A DNA stretch of 64,000 bases from an uncultured Clostridia bacterium (GCA_934168365.1 CAKPNJ010000007.1:2963-66962), one strand, 5' to 3'; positions 18,240 through 27,936 are shown, counted from the first letter of the stretch. A program made the numbers and translations. The notes: generated from the sequence alone by a model not told the origin.

Positions 18240-20915
18240 ATGTGGTACACATTGTCTACAAAAGAAGTAGAAAAACAAATGCAAACTAATATTGAGTTTG
18301 GCTTAAATGAAAAGCAAGTAGAGGACAAGCAAAACAAGTTTGGACTGAATAAGTTAGAAGAAAAGAAGAAAGAGAGTATAGTTATAAAATTCATAAAGCA
18401 ATTTAATGATTTTATGATAATTATATTGATAATTGCCTCGATTATTTCAGCAGTAGTAGCAAGACTAGAAGGAAGCAATGATTATTTTGATTCAATTATA
18501 ATAATAGCAATTGTAGTATTTAATGCTATTATGGGACTAGTACAAGAAGCAAAAGCAGAAAAATCATTAGAGGCACTTAAGAAAATGACGGCTCCAACTT
18601 GTAGAGTAAAAAGAAATGGCAAAATATCTACAATAAAAAGTGAGCAAATAGTTCCGGGAGATATTGTACTATTAGAAGCGGGAAATTATGTACCAGCAGA
18701 TTGCAGACTGATTTCAAGTTCTAATTTAAAAATAGAAGAATCTAGTTTAACGGGTGAAACTGTACCAGTTCTAAAAGATGCTAACTGCGTATTAAAAGAA
18801 AAAACAGCTTTAGGAGACATGGTAAATATGGCGTTTTCAACTACAATAGTAGTTAATGGTCATGGAGAGGCAATTGTAACAGATACAGGTATGAATACAA
18901 AAGTAGGCAAAATTGCTAAAATGATTATTACAAATGAAGCACCTGAGACACCAATTCAAAAGAAGTTGGGAGAAGTAGGAAAGTCATTAGGAATTGCATG
19001 TTTAGGAATTTGCCTATTGATATTTGTAATTGGACTTTTAAAGAAAATTGAGCCAATAGAAATGTTTATGACTTCAGTAGGCTTAGCAGTAGCAGCAATA
19101 CCAGAGGGATTACCTGCAATAGTAACAATTATGTTAGCAATTGGGGTAACAAAAATGGCAAAGAAAAACAGCATAATTAGAAAATTACCAGCAGTTGAAA
19201 CTTTAGGTAGCAGTAGTGTTATATGTTCAGACAAAACAGGAACTTTAACACAAAATAAAATGCAGGTTACTAAAATAGCAAATATAAATGGAGAAACTAA
19301 TGATAAAGAGTACATAAAATGGCTAATGGGAATGGCTACAATGTGTACAGATGTGGAAATATCAAGAGAAAATGGAAAAATAGAATTAACAGGAGAACCA
19401 ACGGAAAAGGCAATAGTTAGCAAAGCTTTAGATGAAGGACAAAACAAAAATGAGTTATATAATGTAATGAAACGTGTAAAAGACATTCCATTTGATTCAA
19501 GTAGAAAGATGATGACAACAATTCATAAAATGCCAAATGGATATAGAGTTATAACAAAAGGTGCACCAGATGTATTATTAAAAAGATGTAATAAGGTATA
19601 TGATAATGGAAATGTAACTACATTAGATTATTCAAAAACTAAACTGATAGAAAATCAAAATAACAAGATGGCAGACGAGGCTTTAAGAGTATTAGCAATA
19701 GCATATTTAGACATACCAAGGTTACCAAGCAAAATAGACACAGAAACAGTAGAAAAGAATTTAATCTTTATTGGACTAATTGGAATGATAGACCCACCAA
19801 GAGAAGGTGTGAAAGAGGCTGTCGCAACCTGTAAAAAAGCAGGAATAAAAACTGTAATGATTACAGGCGACCATATAATAACAGCAAAAGCAATTGCAAA
19901 AGATTTGGGGATATTAAGAGGTAGTGATTTATCAATTACAGGTGAGGAACTAGATAAAATACCACAAGCAGTATTGCAAAGAAACATTATGAATTATTCT
20001 GTTTTTGCAAGAGTAACACCAGAACACAAAGTTAGAATAGTTAAAGCATATCAGTCAACAGGTGCAGTAGTTGCAATGACGGGAGATGGAGTAAATGACG
20101 CACCAGCCTTGAAAAATGCCGATATTGGAATTGCAATGGGGAAAAACGGCACAGATGTTGCTAAAAATGCAGCAGATATGGTTTTAACAGATGATAATTT
20201 TGTTACAATTGTTGAAGCTGTTAAACAAGGAAGAAATATATTTGATAATATAAAAAAGGCAGTACATTTTTTAATAGCAACAAATATTGGGGAAATTGTA
20301 ACAATATTTTTAGGTTTGATACTAGGCTTAAAATCTCCGCTTTTAGCCATTCAACTTTTATGGATAAACCTAGTAACTGATTCACTTCCTGCAATTGCAT
20401 TAGGACTAGAAAAACCAGAAGCGGATATTATGGATAAAAAGCCAAGAGACAGTAAAAAAGGAATTTTTGCAGATGGACTATGGCAAAGAATAATTACAGA
20501 AGGAACAATGTTAGGAATTTTAACTTTAGTAGCATTCAGTGTAGGCAATTACTTGTATGACATAGAAGTAGGAAGAACAATGGCTTTTGTAAGTTTAGGC
20601 TTATTAGAACTAGTGCATAGTTTTAATATAAAAAGTGAAGAATCAATATTCAAAGTTGGATTATTTGAAAACAAATACTTGTTGGGAGCATTTATTTTAG
20701 GAGCTCTATTACAAATTGTAGTAGTTGTAATTCCATCTGTAGCAGAAGTATTCAAACTTGTACCATTAACACAAGTGCAATGGATGTATACTTTTGGAAT
20801 ATCAATATTACCATTAGTAATAATGGAAATACAAAAGGCATTTAATAAAATCGAACCAAGCACAATGCAAATTAAATATTCTATGCAAAATAGTATTGCA
20901 CAAAAAAATAAATAA
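18240..20915 (+). CDS. calcium-translocating P-type ATPase (PMCA/SERCA type)
   Basis: DKTGTLT phosphorylation motif, TGDGVNDAPAL, and about 10 TM segments. 891 aa. Confidence 0.9.
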   Translation: MWYTLSTKEVEKQMQTNIEFGLNEKQVEDKQNKFGLNKLEEKKKESIVIKFIKQFNDFMIIILIIASIISAVVARLEGSNDYFDSIIIIAIVVFNAIMGLVQEAKAEKSLEALKKMTAPTCRVKRNGKISTIKSEQIVPGDIVLLEAGNYVPADCRLISSSNLKIEESSLTGETVPVLKDANCVLKEKTALGDMVNMAFSTTIVVNGHGEAIVTDTGMNTKVGKIAKMIITNEAPETPIQKKLGEVGKSLGIACLGICLLIFVIGLLKKIEPIEMFMTSVGLAVAAIPEGLPAIVTIMLAIGVTKMAKKNSIIRKLPAVETLGSSSVICSDKTGTLTQNKMQVTKIANINGETNDKEYIKWLMGMATMCTDVEISRENGKIELTGEPTEKAIVSKALDEGQNKNELYNVMKRVKDIPFDSSRKMMTTIHKMPNGYRVITKGAPDVLLKRCNKVYDNGNVTTLDYSKTKLIENQNNKMADEALRVLAIAYLDIPRLPSKIDTETVEKNLIFIGLIGMIDPPREGVKEAVATCKKAGIKTVMITGDHIITAKAIAKDLGILRGSDLSITGEELDKIPQAVLQRNIMNYSVFARVTPEHKVRIVKAYQSTGAVVAMTGDGVNDAPALKNADIGIAMGKNGTDVAKNAADMVLTDDNFVTIVEAVKQGRNIFDNIKKAVHFLIATNIGEIVTIFLGLILGLKSPLLAIQLLWINLVTDSLPAIALGLEKPEADIMDKKPRDSKKGIFADGLWQRIITEGTMLGILTLVAFSVGNYLYDIEVGRTMAFVSLGLLELVHSFNIKSEESIFKVGLFENKYLLGAFILGALLQIVVVVIPSVAEVFKLVPLTQVQWMYTFGISILPLVIMEIQKAFNKIEPSTMQIKYSMQNSIAQKNK

Positions 20916-20954
20916 TGATACAATTAAGGAAACTTAAGAAAAGGGAAGAATAAA

Positions 20955-21302
20955 ATGGAAGCACTAACAATAATTTACTTATTAGCATTCTTGGTGTTTG
21001 CCTTGGTTGGCTCAGCTTTCTTGCAAATTAGAATGGCTGGAATAAAAATTAAAGACTTTTGGGGTTTCATACAAGCAAACCAAATGCTAGATAAGTTATA
21101 TAAATTTTCAAAAAGATATAAACTTATGAGTCCACAAGAACAGATAATATTTTTGGCAGAGGCGGAAAAAGTTTTTGATGCATATGATAAAATTCCTTCA
21201 ATTGTATGGGAAGATGAATATAGAAAATATTCAGAAGTGTTACAAGCATATCAAAATGTTAGAGTAACAAGATGGAGTGATGAAAATTCAATAAAAAAAT
21301 AA
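20955..21302 (+). CDS. hypothetical small membrane protein
   Basis: ORF with a GGGAAG RBS and an N-terminal TM segment. Confidence 0.45.
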   Translation: MEALTIIYLLAFLVFALVGSAFLQIRMAGIKIKDFWGFIQANQMLDKLYKFSKRYKLMSPQEQIIFLAEAEKVFDAYDKIPSIVWEDEYRKYSEVLQAYQNVRVTRWSDENSIKK

Positions 21303-21305
21303 AAG

Positions 21306-21408
21306 GTGACTTAAGGTGACTTTGGGGACGGGGTCAAAAGTCACCTTTTTTGTTGGCTTAATTGCTAAAAGGGTGCTTTTTGATCCCGGCCCCAAAGTCA
21401 CCCTAAGT
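21306..21408. repeat. MITE-like element. Imperfect 28-bp TIRs flank a 46-bp core and contain a terminator hairpin.
   Basis: 21306-21334 (GACTTAAGGTGACTTTGGGGACGGGGTC) is the reverse complement of 21381-21408 at 24 of 28 positions. GC-rich GGGGACGGGG core. Confidence 0.6.
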
Positions 21409-21488
21409 CATAAAAAGAGTAAATAAAATGGAGAAAACAGCATATAATAAATATAGGATATTTCATATATAAGGAAAGAAGGGAAAAT

Positions 21489-22634
21489 ATGAAAACACTA
21501 TATTTTGACCATGCTGCAACAACACCAGTAAGTGAGCAAGTGTTAGCTGAAATGCTACCATATTTTGAGCATCAATATGGCAATGCTTCTGCAATGTATG
21601 CATTAGGCAGACAGTCTAAAAGAGCAATTGAACAAGCAAGAAAAAGAGTAGCAAATGCCATAAATGCTAAACAGAAAGAAATTTATTTTACTTCTTGTGG
21701 AAGCGAAAGTGATAATTTAGCAATAAAGGGTATAGCATATGCTAATAGGAATAGAGGAAACCATATAATTACGAGTAAAATAGAACATCATGCGGTGTTA
21801 AATACTTGCAAAACTCTTGAAAAACAGGGATTTGAAGTAACATATTTAAATGTGGATAAAAATGGTTTTATAGATATTAACCAACTGATAAATTCAATAA
21901 GACCAACAACAATTTTAATATCAATAATGTTTGCAAATAATGAAATAGGTACTATAGAACCAATACAAGAAATAGGAAAAATTGCTAGAGCTAATAATAT
22001 TATATTTCATACAGATGCAGTTCAAGCGATAGGCAATGTAAGGATAGATGTAAATAAATTGAATATAGACAGCTTATCAATGTCAGGACATAAATTTTAT
22101 GCACCAAAGGGAATAGGAGCTTTATATGTACGAGAAGGAATAGAATTTAAAAAAATACAAGATGGTGGGCATCAAGAAAAAGATAAACGTGCAGGAACAG
22201 AAAATGTTGCTGAAATTGTGGGGTTAGGAAAGGCAATTGAAGATGTGTATGCTAATTATGAAAGATATAACGAGCACTTACAAAATTTAAGAGATTTTTA
22301 TATATCTCAAATAGAGCAAAAAATACCAACTGCAAAGTTAAATGGAGATAGAAAAGGCAGACTACCAGGAAATGCAAATTTTTCGTTTCCCAATATAAAT
22401 GCACAAAAGTTACTACTAGAGTTAGACGAAAAAGGAATATGTGCATCAGCAGGTTCGGCTTGTAGTACTGGAAATCCAGAACCATCGCATGTGCTAGTTG
22501 CCATAGGTTTAGACAGAAATTTATCAGAAGGAACTTTAAGAACTACTTTTGGAAAAGATAACACAAAACAAGATGTAGAATTCTTAGTTGATAGTTTAGT
22601 TAATATTATTCAAAAAAATACTAGCTTTTGCTAG
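21489..22634 (+). CDS. nifS: cysteine desulfurase (NifS/IscS family)
   Basis: PLP-binding SGHKF motif and a C-terminal SAGSACS active-site cysteine. Confidence 0.9.
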   Translation: MKTLYFDHAATTPVSEQVLAEMLPYFEHQYGNASAMYALGRQSKRAIEQARKRVANAINAKQKEIYFTSCGSESDNLAIKGIAYANRNRGNHIITSKIEHHAVLNTCKTLEKQGFEVTYLNVDKNGFIDINQLINSIRPTTILISIMFANNEIGTIEPIQEIGKIARANNIIFHTDAVQAIGNVRIDVNKLNIDSLSMSGHKFYAPKGIGALYVREGIEFKKIQDGGHQEKDKRAGTENVAEIVGLGKAIEDVYANYERYNEHLQNLRDFYISQIEQKIPTAKLNGDRKGRLPGNANFSFPNINAQKLLLELDEKGICASAGSACSTGNPEPSHVLVAIGLDRNLSEGTLRTTFGKDNTKQDVEFLVDSLVNIIQKNTSFC

Positions 22635-22753
22635 TATTTTTTGGTATAATTAAATTAAACTTATTAGTAAAAATAAACAAATTTGTTGTATAAAACGGTG
22701 AATACAACAAGTTTAAATTATTTTAAAATATGACAATTTTGAAGTTAATTTTC

Positions 22754-22969
22754 TTATTTTTCTTTAGAATCTGGTATATATTCTAATAAATCAGAAATCT
22801 CACAATTAAATGCTTTGCAAATGTTATTTAATTGTTTGATGTCAACTCTTTTAGTCTCTTCATAATACATTTTTGAAATTGTAGCTGGTCTAATATGAGT
22901 TGCATCTGCCAAAGATTTCTGTGTCATTTTATGTTTTCCAAGTAAGTCAGATAATTTTATTTTAATCAT
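22754..22969 (-). CDS. XRE-family helix-turn-helix transcriptional regulator
   Basis: HTH_XRE signature (MTQKSLADATHIRPATISKM). Start set at the ATG (MIKIK), which has an upstream AGAAAGG. Confidence 0.7.
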   Translation of the reverse strand: MIKIKLSDLLGKHKMTQKSLADATHIRPATISKMYYEETKRVDIKQLNNICKAFNCEISDLLEYIPDSKEK

Positions 22970-23135
22970 GAAATAATACAACCTTTCTATAATATTTTAT
23001 GACAAATTTAGTCATATTTTGTCGAGCACTTGTATTTTACCACGAGATGTATTAAAATTACATATTATAAAATGAACATAACGACAAAAGTAATTTAAAC
23101 ACACACAGAAGTAATTAAACGAAAGAGGTGCATTT

Positions 23136-23369
23136 ATGAAATTAAAAGATAGCCCGATAGAAGATGAGCAACTTGCTAATAACAGAGAATGGAAAGAAAA
23201 AAATGAAAAATATTTAACCAATTTGCAAAAATTTTTAGATGCAACTGATAGCATAAAAGATGAAGAATTACAAAGACACATTATTGGACAAATGCTTAGA
23301 TGTGATTTGGCTTTAACAGAAATTGCTGAAGCAGAAATTCAAAAAGCAAAAGAAAATAAACAAGTATAA
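23136..23369 (+). CDS. hypothetical small protein (77 aa), divergent from the XRE regulator
   Basis: AGAGGTG RBS. The overlapping antisense ORF 23012-23281 is low-complexity junk. Confidence 0.5.
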   Translation: MKLKDSPIEDEQLANNREWKEKNEKYLTNLQKFLDATDSIKDEELQRHIIGQMLRCDLALTEIAEAEIQKAKENKQV

Positions 23370-23398
23370 TTTTTTATTAAAAATACATACTAATACAA

Positions 23399-23761
23399 AT
23401 GAAAAGATTAAACAACAATTTTAAAAAAATATTTATAGGATTTATGGCAGGTGTTATTAGTGGTCTATTTACAGCAGGAGGTGGATTGATACTAGTTCCT
23501 GCGTTTATGTATATGTTAAAAATGGAACCAAAAAAGGCAAGAGCAACTTCTATTTTTTGCATATTGCCAATGGTAATTACAACAGCTTTTTTTTATTCAA
23601 GAAACAATCTGATAAATTGGAATACAGGCATATTATGTGCAATAGGTGGAATAATTGGCGGATTTACAGGTGCAAAATTATTAAATAAAATACCAGATAA
23701 ATATTTAAAACTTGCATTTGCTATATTTTTAATATATGCAGGATGGAATATGTTGTTTTAA
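23399..23761 (+). CDS. TauE/SafE (TSUP) family half-size 4-TM membrane protein
   Basis: GFMAGVISGLFTAGGGLILVP signature of TSUP repeat units. Confidence 0.65.
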   Translation: MKRLNNNFKKIFIGFMAGVISGLFTAGGGLILVPAFMYMLKMEPKKARATSIFCILPMVITTAFFYSRNNLINWNTGILCAIGGIIGGFTGAKLLNKIPDKYLKLAFAIFLIYAGWNMLF

Positions 23762-23778
23762 ATAAGGATGTATGGAAA

Positions 23779-24169
23779 ATGTTTGAAATACTAATAGGTT
23801 TTATCTCAGGAATTGTTAGCCGGAATGGGAATGGGAGGAGGAACAATATTGATTCTTCTCCTTTCTATCTTTATGAACCTGGACCAACATGTAGCTCAAG
23901 CAACAAATTTAATATTTTTTATTCCAACGGCAATAACCTCAGTTATTATAGGAATAAAAAATAAAAATATAAATGTAAAAGAAGCGTGGGTTATAGTAGT
24001 TTCAGGGATAGTTGGGGCAATAATAAGTGCTAATATAAGCAGTAATTTAAATGTAAAAATATTAAGAAAAATGTTTGGAGCGTTTTTATTAATAATTGCA
24101 ATATATGAAATATATTCTTGGTTCAATATGTATATAAAAAACAAAAAAGGACATACTAAAACTAAATAA
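23779..24169 (+). pseudogene. second TauE/SafE half-size unit, interrupted by a +1 frameshift near 23818-23825
   Basis: The N-terminus MFEILIGFISGIVS is in one frame and GMGMGGGTILILLL in the next. Dropping one C at 23820/23821 restores a canonical GxxSGxxGMGGG motif. Confidence 0.55.
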
Positions 24170-24192
24170 TAATATCTGGAGGATGATTAAAG

Positions 24193-24333
24193 ATGAAGTT
24201 TGTAAAAGGTATGTTAATAGGCGGAATAGTAACTGCAGGTGTTGCAATGATGTATTCAGAAGCTATGGGGGATAACAAAAGAAAAATGATAAGAAAGGGT
24301 AAAAAATTAGCAAGAAAGATGGGAATACTATAA
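24193..24333 (+). CDS. small (46 aa) membrane protein, hypothetical
   Basis: GGAGGAT RBS and a single hydrophobic helix. Below the ORF-track cutoff. Confidence 0.35.
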   Translation: MKFVKGMLIGGIVTAGVAMMYSEAMGDNKRKMIRKGKKLARKMGIL

Positions 24334-24374
24334 GATTAAAAATGGAGCTTAGAAAATTCTAAGCTCCAATTTTT

Positions 24375-24827
24375 TTATCTACAAGGCTTATTACAAGGTG
24401 GTTCACATGGTCTTTCACATGGTTTTTCTTGGCATGGTGGACATTTCAATTCAACACCTTTTAAGCATTTTCCTTCATGTTTACATGAAGTACATACTTT
24501 ACAATGTTTTACTCTGTCAACCCATACTTCGATTTCATATACACGGTTAGCACATAGAGGTCCAAAAACGAATTCTCCATTTTTATCTGTAAAAGTATGA
24601 GAAACTGGTCTTCTTTCATCCATACCATGTTCACAAACAACCTCAACTAACTTAACAACAGCGTCACAAACAGGCTCTTGGTAACAATCTTTAATAATTC
24701 CATAAATAACAGTTCTGTTATCTTCTGGTAAATTGATTTCTAAGTCATATTGTTTTCCTGTAGCCATAACACCATCTACATTTAAAACTGGGCATACATT
24801 CTTATCAAATTCCATAATTATATTCAT
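24375..24827 (-). CDS. cysteine-rich protein (C-terminal CxxC/PC repeats), candidate spore coat/exosporium protein
   Basis: C-terminus CKVCTSCKHEGKCLKGVELKCPPCQEKPCERPCEPPCNKPCR. A possible sigma-K-like -10 (CATATTATA) lies upstream. Confidence 0.55.
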   Translation of the reverse strand: MNIIMEFDKNVCPVLNVDGVMATGKQYDLEINLPEDNRTVIYGIIKDCYQEPVCDAVVKLVEVVCEHGMDERRPVSHTFTDKNGEFVFGPLCANRVYEIEVWVDRVKHCKVCTSCKHEGKCLKGVELKCPPCQEKPCERPCEPPCNKPCR

Positions 24828-24946
24828 TCCTTTCTTTTTTATATATAATATGAAAAAAATCGACAAAATGTGCAATTGATGAAAAAATATGGTAAAATTT
24901 TAAATGTTAGAGTATAATATATAAAGCAAAAAGAAAGGAAGAAAAA

Positions 24947-25747
24947 ATGGACAATAGACCAATAGGAGTATTTGACTCAGGAGTAGGCGGAATGACTGTT
25001 TTAAAAGAACTAGCAAAGCAGTTGCCTAATGAAAATTTTATATATTTAGGAGATACAAAAAGATTTCCATATGGAAGCAAATCAAAGGAAAGTATAATAG
25101 AACTAACAAAAGATGGAATAGAATTTTTAATAAATAAAGGAGTAAAGCTAATAGTAATTGCATGTGGAACAGCTACAAGCCAAGCACTAGAAGAAGTACA
25201 ACCTTTATATAACATACCAATAATAGGCGTTATAGAGCCTACAGTAAAATACATAAAAGAAATCAATAAAAAACAAATTGGAGTAATAGCTACAGCAGGT
25301 ACAATTAGAAGTAAAGGCTGGGAAAAGGCAATATTAAAAGAACTTCAAACTGCAAAAGTTCAAAGCATTGCATGTCCACTTTTAGCTCCAATGGTTGAAG
25401 AAGGATGGTATGATAATAAAATTGCAGAATTAGCAATAAAAGAATACTTAAAACCTTTTAATAAAATAGATGCAATAATTCTAGGCTGTACTCATTATCC
25501 TCTATTAACTAATGTAATAAAAAAGCAAATTGGTAAAAAAGTAGAGATTATAAATATTGGAGAACACGTAGCAAAAGAAGCAAAAGCAATTTTGAAGAAC
25601 AACGACCAAATGGCAGAATATAAGGAACAGAGCATAGATACATACCTCACAGAAACAGAATGCAAATTTAATGAAGTAGCAAGTAAGCTACTAGGAACAG
25701 AAGTAAAAGCAAAACAAGTTAAAGAAGAAATAGAATTTTTAAGTTAA
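24947..25747 (+). CDS. murI: glutamate racemase
   Basis: FDSGVGG and GCTHYP active-site motifs. Confidence 0.9.
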   Translation: MDNRPIGVFDSGVGGMTVLKELAKQLPNENFIYLGDTKRFPYGSKSKESIIELTKDGIEFLINKGVKLIVIACGTATSQALEEVQPLYNIPIIGVIEPTVKYIKEINKKQIGVIATAGTIRSKGWEKAILKELQTAKVQSIACPLLAPMVEEGWYDNKIAELAIKEYLKPFNKIDAIILGCTHYPLLTNVIKKQIGKKVEIINIGEHVAKEAKAILKNNDQMAEYKEQSIDTYLTETECKFNEVASKLLGTEVKAKQVKEEIEFLS

Positions 25748-25772
25748 TTAAAATGAGAGAATGGAGAAAGGT

Positions 25773-26273
25773 ATGAAGGAATTAAGAGATTTATATGATG
25801 AAAATAAAAAAGTTACTGGAGAGAAAATTTATAAAGGAGAGAATATACCACCAAATAGATATATTCTTGTAGTTACTTTATTTATAAAAAATAGTTATAA
25901 TCAATTACTATTACAAAAAAGAAGTAAACAAAAAGGCGGAAAATACGGATTTATAAGTGGACACCCAAAGTCAGGAGAAACAAGCTTACAAGCTGTTATT
26001 ATAGAGGCTAAAGAAGAAATGAATATAGATATAAAAAATGAAAAAGTACAAGTTTTTCATACTGAAAAGGGTAAAAATGCTTTTTATGATTTTTACTATT
26101 TAGAAAAAGATATTGATATTCATAAATTAACACTACAAAAGGAAGAGGTACAAGATGCAGAATGGATGACAATTGAGGAGATAGAACATCTAATAAATGT
26201 GGGTGGATTTTTTGAAAATCACATAGAAGCTGTAGAAATAATAAAGGAGTTCATATTGAAAAGTAAGAAATAA
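25773..26273 (+). CDS. NUDIX hydrolase
   Basis: Nudix box GHPKSGETSLQAVIIEAKEE. Start at the ATG at 25773, which has a GGAGAAAGG RBS. Confidence 0.7.
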   Translation: MKELRDLYDENKKVTGEKIYKGENIPPNRYILVVTLFIKNSYNQLLLQKRSKQKGGKYGFISGHPKSGETSLQAVIIEAKEEMNIDIKNEKVQVFHTEKGKNAFYDFYYLEKDIDIHKLTLQKEEVQDAEWMTIEEIEHLINVGGFFENHIEAVEIIKEFILKSKK

Positions 26274-26384
26274 AGGTATAATAACATTGACAACCAGACT
26301 TAAATAATAAATTTTTAAGTTAATTAAATCATAAAAATACAAGCAATGAATATATTGTTACTAACACAAATTGGAGGTAGCAAT

Positions 26385-27008
26385 ATGTTCATTGTTTTTA
26401 ATAAGCGAAAAATATATTCATATTTAGTTTCTTTTAGCACAGTAGTTATTCTATTTGCAATAGCATTTACAGTAACAACAGATAGTAGCATAATTACATC
26501 AGTCACAGCAAGAGAATTGCCAATATATAATGTTGATACAAAAGAAAATAAAATTTCACTTACTATGAATTGCGCTTGGAATGCAGATGATATAGATAGT
26601 ATTTTGAAAACTTTAAAAGACAACAATGTAAAAATAACTTTCTTTATGGTCGGGGACTGGGTAGATAAATTCCCAGAAGCAGTAAAAAAGATTTCAGATG
26701 CTGGCCACGAAGCCTTTATTCGCTCAGCAAAATCTGCAAGTCATGTGCCAATACAATGGAACTTAGACACTGTAGACTATACAGGAATTACTGGAGATGA
26801 AATGTGGAAAAGATTAGAAAATAAACTAAGTGGTGGAAGTATTATTTTAATGCATAATGGAACAAAACACACAGCAGATAGCTTAGATATGCTTATAAAA
26901 AACATAAAATCAAAAGGCTATGACATAGTAACAGTATCAAACCTTATATACAAAGACGGCTATTATATTGACAATAATGGTACACAACGTTTAAATAATA
27001 ATGTATAA
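26385..27008 (+). CDS. polysaccharide deacetylase (NodB domain), PdaB-like sporulation protein
   Basis: N-terminal TM segment and a NodB-type domain (NCAWNADD). Start at the ATG at 26385 with a GGAGG RBS. Confidence 0.75.
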   Translation: MFIVFNKRKIYSYLVSFSTVVILFAIAFTVTTDSSIITSVTARELPIYNVDTKENKISLTMNCAWNADDIDSILKTLKDNNVKITFFMVGDWVDKFPEAVKKISDAGHEAFIRSAKSASHVPIQWNLDTVDYTGITGDEMWKRLENKLSGGSIILMHNGTKHTADSLDMLIKNIKSKGYDIVTVSNLIYKDGYYIDNNGTQRLNNNV

Positions 27009-27187
27009 AACTTACCAAATGTGGTATATTTAAGTATAAAGACTTTAAAATAAAAGAAAAATTTAACATTTTATGTAGACAAAACCAAAAAAGCGTGGTA
27101 TAATAGAAAATGTGACTAGCAATTAGTCTAAATTTTACGTCTTATGAATAAACTAGATTAAGAAACAAATGTAGGGAGGAAATTAAA

Positions 27188-27883
27188 TTGAATACAAATT
27201 ATGAAGATAATAACCATTTAACATTGGTTGGAAAGGTAACAAGTGACAAAAGATTTAGTCATGAAATTTATGGAGAAAAATTTTACATATTTGACTTAAG
27301 CGTACCTCGTTTAAGTGGAAATGCAGACGTTATTCCAGTAACAATATCAGAAAGATTATTAACAACACAAGATGTTTTTATTGGAGCAAAATTACAAATT
27401 GATGGTCAATTTAGATCATACAACAGCTATGATAATGAAAAAAATAAATTAATATTAACTGTGTTTGTAAAAGATGTTCAATTCTTAGAAGAAAATCAAG
27501 AAGAGGAAGAAGAAGCTAGAAGAGACGTTGTTTCAAATGAAGTTATTCTTGACGGATATATTTGTAAAAAACCAATTTACAGAAAAACACCATTTGGTAG
27601 AGAAATTTCAGACATTTTGCTAGCAGTTAATAGAGCATATAATAAATCAGACTATATTCCATGTATTGCATGGGGAAGAAATGCTAGATTCTGCGAAAAT
27701 GTTGCAGTTGGAACAGAAGTAAGAATTGTAGGTAGAGTACAATCAAGAGAGTATGAGAAAAAACATGAAGATGGAACAGTAGAGAAAAAAGTAGCATACG
27801 AAGTATCAGTAGCTAGCCTAGAAGTAGCAAATCAGGAAGATAATAGTGAAGAAAGCAAAGAAGAAAATCAAGAAGCTATATAA
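27188..27883 (+). CDS. tandem OB-fold single-stranded-DNA-binding-like protein with an acidic C-terminal tail. TTG start.
   Basis: Two SSB-like repeats (LTLVGKVTSD..., VILDGYICKKP...) and an acidic tail (EDNSEESKEENQEAI). GGGAGG RBS. Confidence 0.55.
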   Translation: MNTNYEDNNHLTLVGKVTSDKRFSHEIYGEKFYIFDLSVPRLSGNADVIPVTISERLLTTQDVFIGAKLQIDGQFRSYNSYDNEKNKLILTVFVKDVQFLEENQEEEEEARRDVVSNEVILDGYICKKPIYRKTPFGREISDILLAVNRAYNKSDYIPCIAWGRNARFCENVAVGTEVRIVGRVQSREYEKKHEDGTVEKKVAYEVSVASLEVANQEDNSEESKEENQEAI

Positions 27884-27894
27884 GATTTTAAAAT

Positions 27895-27936
27895 AAAAAA
27901 AAGGTGGTTTCCAAATAACTGGAAACCACTTTTTAC
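27895..27936 (+). terminator. intrinsic terminator
   Basis: AAGGTGGTTTCCA/TGGAAACCACTTTTT. Confidence 0.65.

Noticed and set aside
23012-23281. 89-aa minus-strand ORF overlapping the 23136-23369 plus-strand gene
   Set aside because: No RBS and a Cys/Phe/Ser-rich junk-like composition. The plus-strand ORF has a good RBS and sensible composition.
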